A stretch of 64,000 bases of DNA, taken from contig OZ244070.1 in assembly GCA_965215605.1 (NCBI GenBank), positions 3,520,001 through 3,584,000 of the forward strand. The letters are read 5' to 3'. The notes beneath the pieces are model-generated. The model worked only from the letters and a program-made list of their open reading frames with translations, did no database searches and had not been told where the DNA came from. Positions within the stretch are counted from its first letter, which is position 1, and each line of letters begins with the position of its first letter. Both the position numbers and the translations under genes were made by a program. This stretch comes from an uncultured Candidatus Binatia bacterium. GTDB lineage: Bacteria; Desulfobacterota; Binatia; UBA9968; JAJDTQ01. This document shows positions 37,340-46,741 of this stretch, piece by piece.

Positions 37340-38098
37340 CTATTCTTCCGCCAGGTCCCTGCTGGTCCCGATGCGATCGACCAAGGGGAGCTTGAGCGCG
37401 GGCCGGGCGACGTCGAGGCCGAACACCAGCCCGAGCAGATTGATCTCGAGCCCCTCCTGGATCCCCACCGCCGCCCCCAGCAGTCCGTAGATGGAGAGCT
37501 GCCAGCCGGTGCCGCTCGGGGTCCGGGCAAGAAACTTCCCCTCGTCGAGGTAGTCCTTGCCGACGGCGTTGGACGGAAGCGCCGCCTCGAGCTCCGGGAC
37601 CTGACGGGCCACGTAGGCGGTGAAGGTGTTGCTGTTGGGGCCGGGCCACAGCCGGTAGGAATTCGGATACGGGTAGCTCTCGGCGGCCTTGCGGATGCCC
37701 GGAATCGCGCGCGCGGCCGCCGCTCCCCGGAGGTCCGCCATGATTTTCGGACGGCTGTCGAACCACAGCCGGTCGGGGATGTCTTCCTGCACCACCACCA
37801 CCGGCAGTCCGCGGTACGAGCGCCAGCCCACCACCTGGTAGACCACGTACGTCCGGGCTCCGGCCTCCTTCGTGGCGATCCACGTGTGCACGCCGAAAAT
37901 GCCGCGCCAGTTGAATGCCCGCGCGGCATAGAGCTGCACCACGGCCTCCGGCGTGGCGGCCGGATCCGGCGCGATGCCCGAGCTTTCGCGGCTGGCGGTG
38001 CGCCAGTCCTTGTTCCAGGCTCCCGATGCGCTGACGACGAAAGTCGAGACAAGCGCGAGGAACAGAACGATGAGGGTGATGATCAGGATGTTTCGCAC
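37340..38098 (-). CDS. DUF3750 family protein
   Basis: WRGIFGVHTWI and YRLWPGPNSNTF. Confidence 0.75.
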   Translation of the reverse strand: MRNILIITLIVLFLALVSTFVVSASGAWNKDWRTASRESSGIAPDPAATPEAVVQLYAARAFNWRGIFGVHTWIATKEAGARTYVVYQVVGWRSYRGLPVVVVQEDIPDRLWFDSRPKIMADLRGAAAARAIPGIRKAAESYPYPNSYRLWPGPNSNTFTAYVARQVPELEAALPSNAVGKDYLDEGKFLARTPSGTGWQLSIYGLLGAAVGIQEGLEINLLGLVFGLDVARPALKLPLVDRIGTSRDLAEE

Positions 38099-38153
38099 CG
38101 GGTTGCCGTCATGCGCGCCTGGCCGACCGGCTGCCGGCCGGCCCCCGCGCTTC

Positions 38154-38183
38154 TTGACACCGAATCCCCAGGCCGGTTACTAG
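38154..38183 (+). promoter_or_regulatory. Sigma70-like promoter of the amidohydrolase pair
   Basis: TTGACA at 38154, then 18 nt, then TACTAG. Confidence 0.45.
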
Positions 38184-38251
38184 TGCTGGTTGTGCGGGAT
38201 TGTGAGGATACCTTCTGCGAGTCTAGGTGAAATCGTCCGAGGAGACAAATC

Positions 38252-39370
38252 ATGGCACAGAACGGGCACCCTTTGGTGGTGGATGCCGACGCCCACGTGA
38301 TCGAGACGGAACGCACCTGGGACTACCTCGAAGGCTCCGACAGGAAGTTCAGGCCGGTGCTGTTCGGCTCTCCCGACACGGACAAGCAGTACTGGGTGCT
38401 GGATGGAAAGATACGGGGAGCGCGTTTCGCCACCCTGAGCGAGCAGCAGCTCGACGATCTATCCGACAAGGCCGGCCGCCGTTTCACCACGCCGCAGGCC
38501 TCCCGCGAAGTCGATGACGTGGGGCTGCGCCTGGCGCAGCTCGACGAACTGGGGGTGGACGTCCAGGTCATGCACAACACGCTCTGGATCGAGCGGGTGG
38601 CGGATCATGTGGACGCCGAGACGGCGCTTTGCCTGGCTTGGAACCGCTGGATGGCCGACGTCTGGAAGGCGGGGCAGGGCAGGCTCCGGTGGTCCTGCGT
38701 GATACCCGCCATGGACCTGAACGAGGCGCTGCCGCAGATACGTTTCGCGCGCGAGCACGGCGCGGTGGCGGTGTGCATGCGGCCCTACGAAGGCGACCGG
38801 CACTTGGTGGACCCTTACTTCTATCCGGTTTTCGAGCTGGCCTCTGAGCTGGACATGGCCATCGGCGTGCACATCGCCAACGGCAGCGCCGGACTGACCT
38901 CGCATTTCCGGCCCCGGTACGACAAGACCGGCGGCTTCGCGCCGTTCCGGGTCCCCACGGTGGTGACCTGCCTGTCGCTGATCATGAGCGAGGTTCCGCG
39001 GGTCTTCCCGGACCTTCGCTGGGGCTTCATCGAGTCGTCGGCCCAGTGGGTGCCCTGGATCGTCAACGAAGCGAAACGCCGCTCGGGGAAGGCGGAGTAT
39101 CCCGACAATCCCTTCAAGGAGTACAAAGTCTACGTAACGGCCCAGACCGATGACGATTTCCCGTTCGTGCTGAAGTACGCGGGCGAGGACAACCTCGTCA
39201 TCGGAACCGACTACGGCCACACCGATTCCTCCAGCGAAGTGGACGCCATCACCAAGTTCAAGGCGGACCCCACGGTGGAAGACGATGCCAGGCGCAAGAT
39301 CCTGAGCGACAATCCCATGGCGCTCTACGGCATCCAACAACCCGAGAAGGAGAACGGCAATGTCCGGTAA
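38252..39370 (+). CDS. Amidohydrolase_2 family protein (copy A)
   Basis: VDADAHV, LDELGVDVQV, VHI, GFIES and GTDYGH. Confidence 0.88.
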   Translation: MAQNGHPLVVDADAHVIETERTWDYLEGSDRKFRPVLFGSPDTDKQYWVLDGKIRGARFATLSEQQLDDLSDKAGRRFTTPQASREVDDVGLRLAQLDELGVDVQVMHNTLWIERVADHVDAETALCLAWNRWMADVWKAGQGRLRWSCVIPAMDLNEALPQIRFAREHGAVAVCMRPYEGDRHLVDPYFYPVFELASELDMAIGVHIANGSAGLTSHFRPRYDKTGGFAPFRVPTVVTCLSLIMSEVPRVFPDLRWGFIESSAQWVPWIVNEAKRRSGKAEYPDNPFKEYKVYVTAQTDDDFPFVLKYAGEDNLVIGTDYGHTDSSSEVDAITKFKADPTVEDDARRKILSDNPMALYGIQQPEKENGNVR

Positions 39371-40448
39371 CGGAACCAACATGGTGGTGGACGCGGACGC
39401 TCACGTGGTGGAGACGGAGGCGACGTGGGACTATCTGGATGCGTCGGAGAAGAAGTTTCGCCCGCAGCTCTTCGGCTCCCCCGAGGATAGGACCACCCAG
39501 TACTGGGTGCTGGACGGCAGAGTGCTGGGTTTCCGGTTCCAGAGCCTGAGCGAGCAGCAGCTCGACGAGGTGTCGGCCAAGGCGGGCCGGCAGATGCAGA
39601 CGCCCCAGGACGCCCGGGAACTGCGCGACGTGCAGTTGCGCCTCGATCACCTGGACGAGCTCGGCATCGACGTCCAGGTCCTGTACAACACCATGTGGAT
39701 CGAGCAGGTGACGGACCACGCCGACGCCGAGATCGCCCTGTGCGGGAGCTGGAACCGCTGGATGGCGGACGTCTGGAAGCAGGGCGGCGGACGCCTCCGG
39801 TGGATCTGCGTGGTGCCGGCCATGACCATGAACGAAGCGCTCGAGCAGATCCGGTTCGCCCGGGAGCACGGCGCCGTGGGCGTGTGCCTCCGTCCCTTCG
39901 AGGGCGACCGGCACCTGGTGGATCCGTACTTCTATCCGATCTTCGACGAAGCCCAGCGTCTCGACATGATGATGGGCATCCACATCGCCATCGGCAGCCC
40001 CAAGATGGCAACGCAGTTCCGGCCCCGCTACGACAGCGGCGGCGGCCTGCCGGTGTTTCGCATCCCCACGGTCTCCACCTGTTTCACGGTGATGATGAGC
40101 GAGGTGCCCAAGGTCTTTCCGGACCTGCGTTGGGGATTCATCGAGTCGTCGGCCCAATGGGTGCCGTGGGTGGTGAACGAAACCATCCGGAGGTCGGGGA
40201 CGGCGGAATACCCCGAGAACCCCATGAAGGCGTTCCACATCTATGTGTCGGCCCAGACCGATGACGACTTCCCCTACGTTCTCAAGTACGCGGGAGACGA
40301 CAACATCGTCATCGGCACGGACTACGGCCACACCGACGCCTCCAGCGAAGTGGACGCGTTCACGATCTTCAACGGCAACGAGACCATTTCCGCGGAGCAG
40401 AAGCGGAAGATCCTGAGCGACAACGCCCGGGCGCTCTACGGGCTGTAG
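39360..40448 (+). CDS. Amidohydrolase_2 family protein (copy B, tandem paralog)
   Basis: Same motifs as copy A and overlaps its stop by 11 nt. Confidence 0.88.
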   Translation: MSGNGTNMVVDADAHVVETEATWDYLDASEKKFRPQLFGSPEDRTTQYWVLDGRVLGFRFQSLSEQQLDEVSAKAGRQMQTPQDARELRDVQLRLDHLDELGIDVQVLYNTMWIEQVTDHADAEIALCGSWNRWMADVWKQGGGRLRWICVVPAMTMNEALEQIRFAREHGAVGVCLRPFEGDRHLVDPYFYPIFDEAQRLDMMMGIHIAIGSPKMATQFRPRYDSGGGLPVFRIPTVSTCFTVMMSEVPKVFPDLRWGFIESSAQWVPWVVNETIRRSGTAEYPENPMKAFHIYVSAQTDDDFPYVLKYAGDDNIVIGTDYGHTDASSEVDAFTIFNGNETISAEQKRKILSDNARALYGL

Positions 40449-40467
40449 GGACGCGACGGGGTCGAGG

Positions 40468-40500
40468 GCAAAAGGCCGGGACGGTGTCCCGGCCTTTTGC
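40468..40500. terminator. Bidirectional intrinsic terminator
   Basis: Perfect inverted repeat GCAAAAGGCCGGGAC-GGT-GTCCCGGCCTTTTGC between convergent genes. Confidence 0.85.
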
Positions 40501-40521
40501 GTTTGGCGGCGTGGACGAGGC

Positions 40522-41088
40522 TCAACCCTTGAAGGGGCTCGTGACCTGGTAGCAGAAGCTGTTGAAGAGCGGGGTGGTGGTCAGGCCGGTCCAGGTGAAG
40601 AGTTTGCCTTCGGCGAAGAAGATGTGCATGCCGCAGTCGAACACCAGCACCACCCCGGCCAGGACCCCCACGGTGATGCCGATGACGGTGAGCCACCTCT
40701 CGCCGGCGCTCTTGAGATAGAGCAGCGTCGCCAGCCCGATCCCCAACTGGAAGCCCAGCAGCCAGATGGCGGCGGCGAAGCCCAGGATCCAGCCGATGAT
40801 GTTGGCGGTCCGGCGCCGTTCCTCGGCGGGGTCCAGGGGCTCGGCCTCCCTCTCCAGCAGCGAGGGGTCGGCGAGCCCCGGCTCGTCGCTGCCGGCGGGG
40901 ACGGCCTGCTCCGGCCGCCCCAGGATCTCCCGCCCAAGCTGGAGCGCCAGCAGCGCCGCGGTGGGCAGGCCGATGAGCCAGGCCATGAGGCTGGCCTGCA
41001 ACTCCCAGCCGTAGGCCTCCCACAGCGCCCACGCCATGACCAGGAACAACGCGCCGGTGAAGGCGATGGAGAAGCGTCGGGAACTCAT
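40522..41088 (-). CDS. tctB: TTT small membrane subunit TctB
   Basis: From ATG 41088 (MSSRRFSIAF), multi-TM, overlapping the tctA stop (ATGA). Confidence 0.8.
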   Translation of the reverse strand: MSSRRFSIAFTGALFLVMAWALWEAYGWELQASLMAWLIGLPTAALLALQLGREILGRPEQAVPAGSDEPGLADPSLLEREAEPLDPAEERRRTANIIGWILGFAAAIWLLGFQLGIGLATLLYLKSAGERWLTVIGITVGVLAGVVLVFDCGMHIFFAEGKLFTWTGLTTTPLFNSFCYQVTSPFKG

Positions 41089-42686
41089 GGCGCGGTCTCG
41101 CTGCTGCGCTTGCGCCGGCGGTCGCGGATCACCGGGAAGGCGATGCTGGCCAGGATGACGCACAGGATGATCAGCACGCCCGGCCGCGCGAGGAAGCCGA
41201 AGTCGTAGCGGGAATAGGTGATCCAGAGGTAGTTGTCCGCCAGCCGCCCCAGCACCAGGCCCAGCAGCAGCGCCGGCCGGGACCAGTCGAACATCACCAT
41301 GAGCCATCCCAGGGCGCCGAAGATCAGGGTGATGATGATGTCGCCGAAGCTGTTGGTGTGAGTGTAGGAGCCCAGGTAGATGAACAGCAGCAGCGGCGGT
41401 ATCAGCAGCGTCCCCTTGATGCGGGTGAGCCGCGCCAACTGGTTGAGGAACAGGAAGCAGACCGACACCGTGATGACGTTGGACACCACCAGCACCCACA
41501 CCAGCGAGAAGGTGACGTCCAGGTCCTTGGTCAGCATGGAGGTGCCCGGACGGAGGCCCAGGACAAGGAATGCCCCCAGCAGGATGGCCGTGGTCACGTT
41601 GCCGGGGATGCCGAAGGCAATGGTGGGAATGAGCGCGCCGCCGAGGGTCGAGTTGTTGGCCGCGCCCGGGCCCACGACGCCCTCGATGGCGCCGGTCCCC
41701 ACCTGGTCCTGCTTGCCCGAGGACTGCATCGCGTGGGCGTACGCCACCCACTGGGACACCGGTCCGCCCATGCCCGGGATGATGCCGATGTAGGTGCCCA
41801 TGGCGCTGCAGCGAGCCACCAGCCACCAGTGCCGCAACGCGTCCTTCACCCCCTGGAGCACGCCGCCGAGCCGGCCGACGTGGGCCTGGGCGATGCTGCC
41901 GCCCTTGGTGGCGAGGTCGATGATCTCGGGTATGGCGAACAGCCCCACGGTGGCCGGCACCAGCCCGATGCCGGCGCCGCCGGTCTCGCCGCCGCCCCAG
42001 AGATACATGGTGCCGAAGGTGAAGCGTTCGGTGGCGGTCTGCATGTCCAGCCCCACCAGCGAGAAGATGAAGCCCAGGCCCCCGGCGGCCAGCCCCTTGA
42101 TCACGCTGCCGCCGCTCAGCGCCCCCACGAAGGTGACCCCGGCTACCGTGAGCATGAAGAACTCCGGGGTGCCCAGGGCCAGCACCAGCGGGGTGACGAT
42201 GGGGATGGCCAAGGCGATGGCGCCAGCGCCGATGAGCGCTCCCATGAGGGAGCTCATGAGCGAGGCGCCGAGGGCGCGTCCTGCCTCGCCCTTCTTGGCC
42301 ATGGGGTGGCCTTCCACGATGGTGGAGGCGGTGGACCCTTCGCCGGGGATGCCGAAGAGGATGGAGGTGATGTCGCCGGTGGTGGCGGTGACGGCCATCA
42401 TGCCGAGGAGGAAGGAGAACGCCTCCACCGCGTCCATCTTGAGTTGGAACGCGAACCCGAGCATGAGGGCCATGGTGACGGGTCCGCCGAGACCCGGCAG
42501 CATGCCCACCGCGAAGCCGATGAGGTTGCCCAGCAACAGGTAGCCGAAGGCGGGCCAGGAGAACACCCGGACGAAGCCCTCCAGGGAGGCCGCGGCAATC
42601 TTCCCGGCCATGCCCTGGGCCAGGAAGATCCAGACCGCCACGGCCGCCAGAAAGGCGAGCCAGCCCAGGCTACGTTTGAGGGTCAC
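41085..42686 (-). CDS. tctA: TTT large permease TctA
   Basis: GMLPGLGG, FGIPGE, AANNS and PTIAFGIPG. The start is approximate (GTG 42686). Confidence 0.9.
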   Translation of the reverse strand: MTLKRSLGWLAFLAAVAVWIFLAQGMAGKIAAASLEGFVRVFSWPAFGYLLLGNLIGFAVGMLPGLGGPVTMALMLGFAFQLKMDAVEAFSFLLGMMAVTATTGDITSILFGIPGEGSTASTIVEGHPMAKKGEAGRALGASLMSSLMGALIGAGAIALAIPIVTPLVLALGTPEFFMLTVAGVTFVGALSGGSVIKGLAAGGLGFIFSLVGLDMQTATERFTFGTMYLWGGGETGGAGIGLVPATVGLFAIPEIIDLATKGGSIAQAHVGRLGGVLQGVKDALRHWWLVARCSAMGTYIGIIPGMGGPVSQWVAYAHAMQSSGKQDQVGTGAIEGVVGPGAANNSTLGGALIPTIAFGIPGNVTTAILLGAFLVLGLRPGTSMLTKDLDVTFSLVWVLVVSNVITVSVCFLFLNQLARLTRIKGTLLIPPLLLFIYLGSYTHTNSFGDIIITLIFGALGWLMVMFDWSRPALLLGLVLGRLADNYLWITYSRYDFGFLARPGVLIILCVILASIAFPVIRDRRRKRSSETAP

Positions 42687-42701
42687 GATAAGGGGGTTCG
42701 G

Positions 42702-42798
42702 TGAAACCCGCGCCACCGGCAGGTTCGAGACCCGCCCCTACGGGCGATCGCGCCTTGCCGGCAACGAAGAACCCCGCGGGGGCGGGTAGCACCCGGCC
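42702..42798. repeat. GTAG-type REP sequences between tctC and tctA
   Basis: Minus-strand GTAG-GGGCGGGT-CTCGA-ACCTGCC at 42741-42718, with degenerate copies at about 42702-42716 and 42776-42798. Confidence 0.55.
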
Positions 42799-42815
42799 GA
42801 AGGCCGCCAACGGGT

Positions 42816-43892
42816 TCAGGGCTTTTGCGCCATGGCCTTCAGGATTTCCAGGGCTTCGGGGTCGCGCTTCTGGATCTCCACCACCTTGTCGATAATGGAC
42901 TGGGCCGCGGCAGCGTTCAGCGACACGAGGTCGAAACCGATCGCTTTCTTGAAATGGGCGATCATCTCCTTGTCTTTCAGGAAGCGGTCGAAGCTCGCCG
43001 CCGTGGTGTTGAAAACGTCCTTGGGCACCCGCGCCGCGTAGACCCAGCCGCGGCGGACGCCGCCGAGGTACGCCAGGAGTTCCATGGCCCGGTAGTTGGG
43101 GTCTTTCTTGACGGAGTCACCCTTGAGATCCTGGACGATCTCGTAATAGGTGGGAAGGTCCGGCAGGCGCGGGTCGCGGATGATCTTGCCGTCCTGGACG
43201 GTCCCTTCCTGGGCGAGGGGCACCACCGCGCCTTCCTCCACCATGGGCAACACGGCGGCGAAGTAGCCGCTCTGGCTGTCGTTGGTCATGTTGAGCTCAC
43301 CCCGGCGGATGGCCGCGCGCATGTCGCCGCTGCTGCCGTAGCCGGTGACCAGCTTGTGGTCCTGGTCCAGGATCTTCAGCAGCAGCCGCGGCAGCATGGA
43401 GCGGGGGCTCTGGATCGACGTGGTGCCGAAGAAGATCTTCTTCTTCAGCCCGGCCAGCTCGGTGCCCTTGGTGATGCCCAGGTCCTTGCTGACGAAGGTG
43501 ACGGTGGTTTCCCGCACGCCGCCCAGCCACTGGAGCTTGGCGAGCTCGAACTTGACCTTCTTGGGCTTGAAGATGCTGTCGGTTACCGAGGTGGAGAACT
43601 GCCCGATGATGGTGCCGTCGGCGGGTGCGGAGTTGTACACCCAGTTCTCTCCCACGATGCCGCCGCCGCCGGGCATGTTCTTGATGATGGTGGTGGGGTT
43701 GCCCGGAATCTGCTTTCCGATGAACGGAAGCATCTGGCGCGCCATGATGTCGGCGGCTCCGCCCACCGAGTAGGGGATCAGGATGGCAACGGTCTTGCCT
43801 TTGAATGAGACGTCGGCTCCGTGAGTCGGAGTCGCGAGGACGATGAACAGGGCTGCGATTGCGGCTGCAAGGGATGCGAAACGTCGGTTCAT
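42816..43892 (-). CDS. tctC: TTT substrate-binding protein TctC
   Basis: Signal peptide, IPYSVGGAAD, NMPGGGG and TGYGSS. Confidence 0.88.
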   Translation of the reverse strand: MNRRFASLAAAIAALFIVLATPTHGADVSFKGKTVAILIPYSVGGAADIMARQMLPFIGKQIPGNPTTIIKNMPGGGGIVGENWVYNSAPADGTIIGQFSTSVTDSIFKPKKVKFELAKLQWLGGVRETTVTFVSKDLGITKGTELAGLKKKIFFGTTSIQSPRSMLPRLLLKILDQDHKLVTGYGSSGDMRAAIRRGELNMTNDSQSGYFAAVLPMVEEGAVVPLAQEGTVQDGKIIRDPRLPDLPTYYEIVQDLKGDSVKKDPNYRAMELLAYLGGVRRGWVYAARVPKDVFNTTAASFDRFLKDKEMIAHFKKAIGFDLVSLNAAAAQSIIDKVVEIQKRDPEALEILKAMAQKP

Positions 43893-43947
43893 TGGATGCT
43901 CCTTCCTGGGTTGGTCCAGTGCCCTTGTATTTCGGGTGGCCTTCGCA

Positions 43948-44008
43948 TGTCAACCGCAAAGCCCCGCTCGGGTGCGGATTTGACAACCTCCGGTGCTTCG
44001 GTTAAGAA
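43948..44008. promoter_or_regulatory. Divergent sigma70 promoters for tctCAB (minus) and ubiD (plus)
   Basis: TGTCAA at 43948-43953 (minus-strand TTGACA) and TTGACA at 43980-43985, then 17 nt, then TAAGAA. Confidence 0.55.
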
Positions 44009-44066
44009 CCCGGAATCTTCGGAAATCCAGCACTGAGAATTCAACACTTTAGGAGAGAGGTGACAC

Positions 44067-45512
44067 ATGCCCAAGAGCCTGGGATCGTTTCTGGAAGACT
44101 GCCGGCGAGAGATTCCCAACGAGGTGGTCTACGTGACCAAGCAGGTGGACCCGGCTCACTACGACGTGAGCGCGCTCATCAAGCACCTCGACGCGGAGAG
44201 AAAGTTCCCCATCCTGGTTTTCGACAACCCGTTGGACCTTCACGGGAAGCCGTCCGACATCAAGCTGACCATGAACTGCGAGATCTCGCAGGGCAAGACC
44301 CAGGTCGCTCTCGGGATGGACAGGAGCATGAGCCGGGAGGCCATGACCGACCGCTGTCTGGAGCTTGAGGAGCACCGCATCGCCCCGGTGATCATCGAAC
44401 GCGACCAGGCGCCCGTCATGGAGAACGTCCAGAGCGGCAAGGACGTGGATATCTATCAGATTCCCATCATGCGGCATCACTACATGGACGGCGGCCCCTA
44501 CATCGTCATGTCCACCATCACCAAGGAACGGACCTCCGGAATCTACAACTGCTCGTACCATCGGATGGAGATCAAGTCGCCCCAGAGCACGGCATTGTAC
44601 GCCTCGCCGCGCCACCTGTGGAAGATCTTCAGGGACTACGAGGACAACAACATGGAGTGTCCCGTGGCCACGGTCCTGGGGCACCACCCGGCCTACCACA
44701 TGGGCGCCTGTTACAGCGGCCCGTTCGAGGTGAGCGAGTTCGAGATCATCGGCGGCTACATGCAGGAGCCCCTGCGGCTCACGCCGTCCTCCACCTGGGG
44801 CGACAACTTCCTCATTCCCGCGGACGCCGAACTGGTCATCGAAGGCCTGCTGCAACCCAACAAGCGCGTCGTGGAAGGTCCCTTCGGCGAGGCCCCGGGC
44901 TATCTCGGGCCGCAGCGCTATACCACTTGCGTGGACTACAAGGTCACGGCCATGAACTGGCGCAAGGGCGCCATGTTTCAGTCCATCATCACGCCGGAGG
45001 GTGACAAGCCCTGGATGGACCTGCCGCGGGAGGGCGCGTATCTGCGGCGTTGCCGCGAGGCGGTGCCGGGGGTGACGGCGGTGTGCAAGATGGGCCGGCA
45101 CGCCCACTACAACGTGTTCATCTCCATGAAGAAGATGTCCGAAGGCGATCCCGGCCGGGCGGCGGCCGCGGCCCTGACCTTCGACCATACCAAGAACGTC
45201 TTCGTCTTCGACGAGGACATCAATGTCTACGACTCCACGGATATCCTGTGGGCGCTGGCGACACGGGTGCAGCCGCACCGCCAGGTGTCGATCCTGAAGC
45301 CGCTCTTCCGCGGCAACTTCCTGGACCCCTCGCTGGTGGACGAGATCAAGACCTCCGGCATGATCGTGGATGCCACGCGGCCGCTGGACCGGCCGTTCTC
45401 CCCGGTGTCGAAGGTGCCGGACGAGGCCATGCAACGGATCAAGATCGAGGATTTCATACCGGGAGAGATCCTCTCGCACATTCCCATAGACCGCACCACC
45501 TATTGGTCCTAG
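44067..45512 (+). CDS. UbiD family prFMN-dependent (de)carboxylase
   Basis: DGGPYI, YHRME, AELVIEG, EGPFGEAPGY and VFDEDINVYD. Confidence 0.93.
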   Translation: MPKSLGSFLEDCRREIPNEVVYVTKQVDPAHYDVSALIKHLDAERKFPILVFDNPLDLHGKPSDIKLTMNCEISQGKTQVALGMDRSMSREAMTDRCLELEEHRIAPVIIERDQAPVMENVQSGKDVDIYQIPIMRHHYMDGGPYIVMSTITKERTSGIYNCSYHRMEIKSPQSTALYASPRHLWKIFRDYEDNNMECPVATVLGHHPAYHMGACYSGPFEVSEFEIIGGYMQEPLRLTPSSTWGDNFLIPADAELVIEGLLQPNKRVVEGPFGEAPGYLGPQRYTTCVDYKVTAMNWRKGAMFQSIITPEGDKPWMDLPREGAYLRRCREAVPGVTAVCKMGRHAHYNVFISMKKMSEGDPGRAAAAALTFDHTKNVFVFDEDINVYDSTDILWALATRVQPHRQVSILKPLFRGNFLDPSLVDEIKTSGMIVDATRPLDRPFSPVSKVPDEAMQRIKIEDFIPGEILSHIPIDRTTYWS

Positions 45513-45571
45513 TGGACTGTAAGGTTGTTGCCGATTCGCAAGTTACAGGCCGCTGGTGAAAGGAAAGCTTC

Positions 45572-45718
45572 ATGGGTCAGGCTGTTGAAGTGACGTGTCC
45601 GAAATGCAGTGAAAAGTTCGTCGTGAACCCGCACATGCTCGGGTCCGGAATGGAGTTTCATTGTCCCTTCTGTGATGTGTACTTTCCGGAGGAAGAAAGC
45701 CCTAACATCTGGAAGTAG
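45572..45718 (+). CDS. Small zinc-ribbon protein (48 aa)
   Basis: MGQAVEVTCPKCSEKFVVNPHMLGSGMEFHCPFCDVYFPEEESPNIWK. Two CxxC motifs and an AAGGA SD. Below the ORF-track cutoff. Confidence 0.8.
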   Translation: MGQAVEVTCPKCSEKFVVNPHMLGSGMEFHCPFCDVYFPEEESPNIWK

Positions 45719-45724
45719 GAGAGC

Positions 45725-46675
45725 CTGTCGCAGCGGGACTTTTTCGATCTGGCGCGCCTGTTCCGGTTCCGGCAGGCGCTTGAAAGCGTTGAAGCTGTCG
45801 ATGCCCCCGAGGCCGTCCTGGTGGGCGGGCCGGAGCGCATCGACGGCGGTCGCGTCGGCATTCTGCCGGGCTCCTTCAATCCACCGACCCTCGCTCACCT
45901 GGAGTTGGCCCGGGCGGCCCGGCGCCGGTTCGACCTGGACCGCGTCGTATTCTCCCTCGGCAGCGTAATCGTTGACAAGGAACGGGTGGAAGGCCTGATC
46001 CGCGAGGATCGGTTGCTGCTGCTATCTCTGTTGGGGGCGGATCGCCCCTGGTCGGCTGTTGCGGTGGTCAACCGCGGCCTTTACTCCGAGCAGGCGCCGG
46101 CATTCCATGCCTGTTTCGGCAGCGGCGCGGATCTCTGGTTCATCGTCGGCATGGACAAGGTGCTCCAGATCTTCGACCCCAGGTACTACCAGGACCGCGA
46201 CCGCGCTCTGGACGCATTGTTCGCCCACGCGCGCCTCATCGGCGCCAATCGGGAAGACTGGGGCGGCGAGGACCTGGAAGCTCTGCTGGAACAGCCAGAG
46301 AATCGTCCCTACCGGGACTGGGTGCGCCCGCTGGCGCTTCCCGCCCGTTTCAAGGACCAGTCCTCCAGCGCCGTGCGGAGCGGCGCCGGAAGCGAATGGT
46401 CCTGGGAGGACGTGCTTTCCGAGGTGGCGCGGGACTTCGTCGCCGCCACGGGCGCGTTCCGGGACCGATATGAGTTGCGGGCGGCGGCCATGGACGTGCT
46501 CTATCCCATCAGGCAATGGGCGGAAACCGAGGTGGCGCTGGAGTCGCTCCTGGCCCGGGCCGCGGAGCCCGGCGAGGCCGGAGAGGCGGTGCGCGAAGTG
46601 TTGAGCACGCCGATGACGCCCGAGTTTCTCATGGACCGGCTTCAACGTCTGGGCCTGACGCGTTCCAGTCGTTGA
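45725..46675 (+). CDS. Cytidylyltransferase-superfamily protein (NadD-like nucleotidyltransferase)
   Basis: GILPGSFNPPTLAH, FIVGMDK and SSSAVR. The frame is open back to 45719, so the start is ambiguous (CTG 45725 or GTG 45821). Confidence 0.75.
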   Translation: MSQRDFFDLARLFRFRQALESVEAVDAPEAVLVGGPERIDGGRVGILPGSFNPPTLAHLELARAARRRFDLDRVVFSLGSVIVDKERVEGLIREDRLLLLSLLGADRPWSAVAVVNRGLYSEQAPAFHACFGSGADLWFIVGMDKVLQIFDPRYYQDRDRALDALFAHARLIGANREDWGGEDLEALLEQPENRPYRDWVRPLALPARFKDQSSSAVRSGAGSEWSWEDVLSEVARDFVAATGAFRDRYELRAAAMDVLYPIRQWAETEVALESLLARAAEPGEAGEAVREVLSTPMTPEFLMDRLQRLGLTRSSR

Positions 46676-46741
46676 ACAGGGGATCGGCGTCCAGCGCCGT
46701 CCGTCCGGATTCGATGGCCTTCCAACCGATGGCGGCCGCCT

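Noticed and set aside
45716-45718. TAG as a pyrrolysine codon
   Set aside because: No pyl genes or methylamine methyltransferase context, and TAG is used as an ordinary stop throughout the window.
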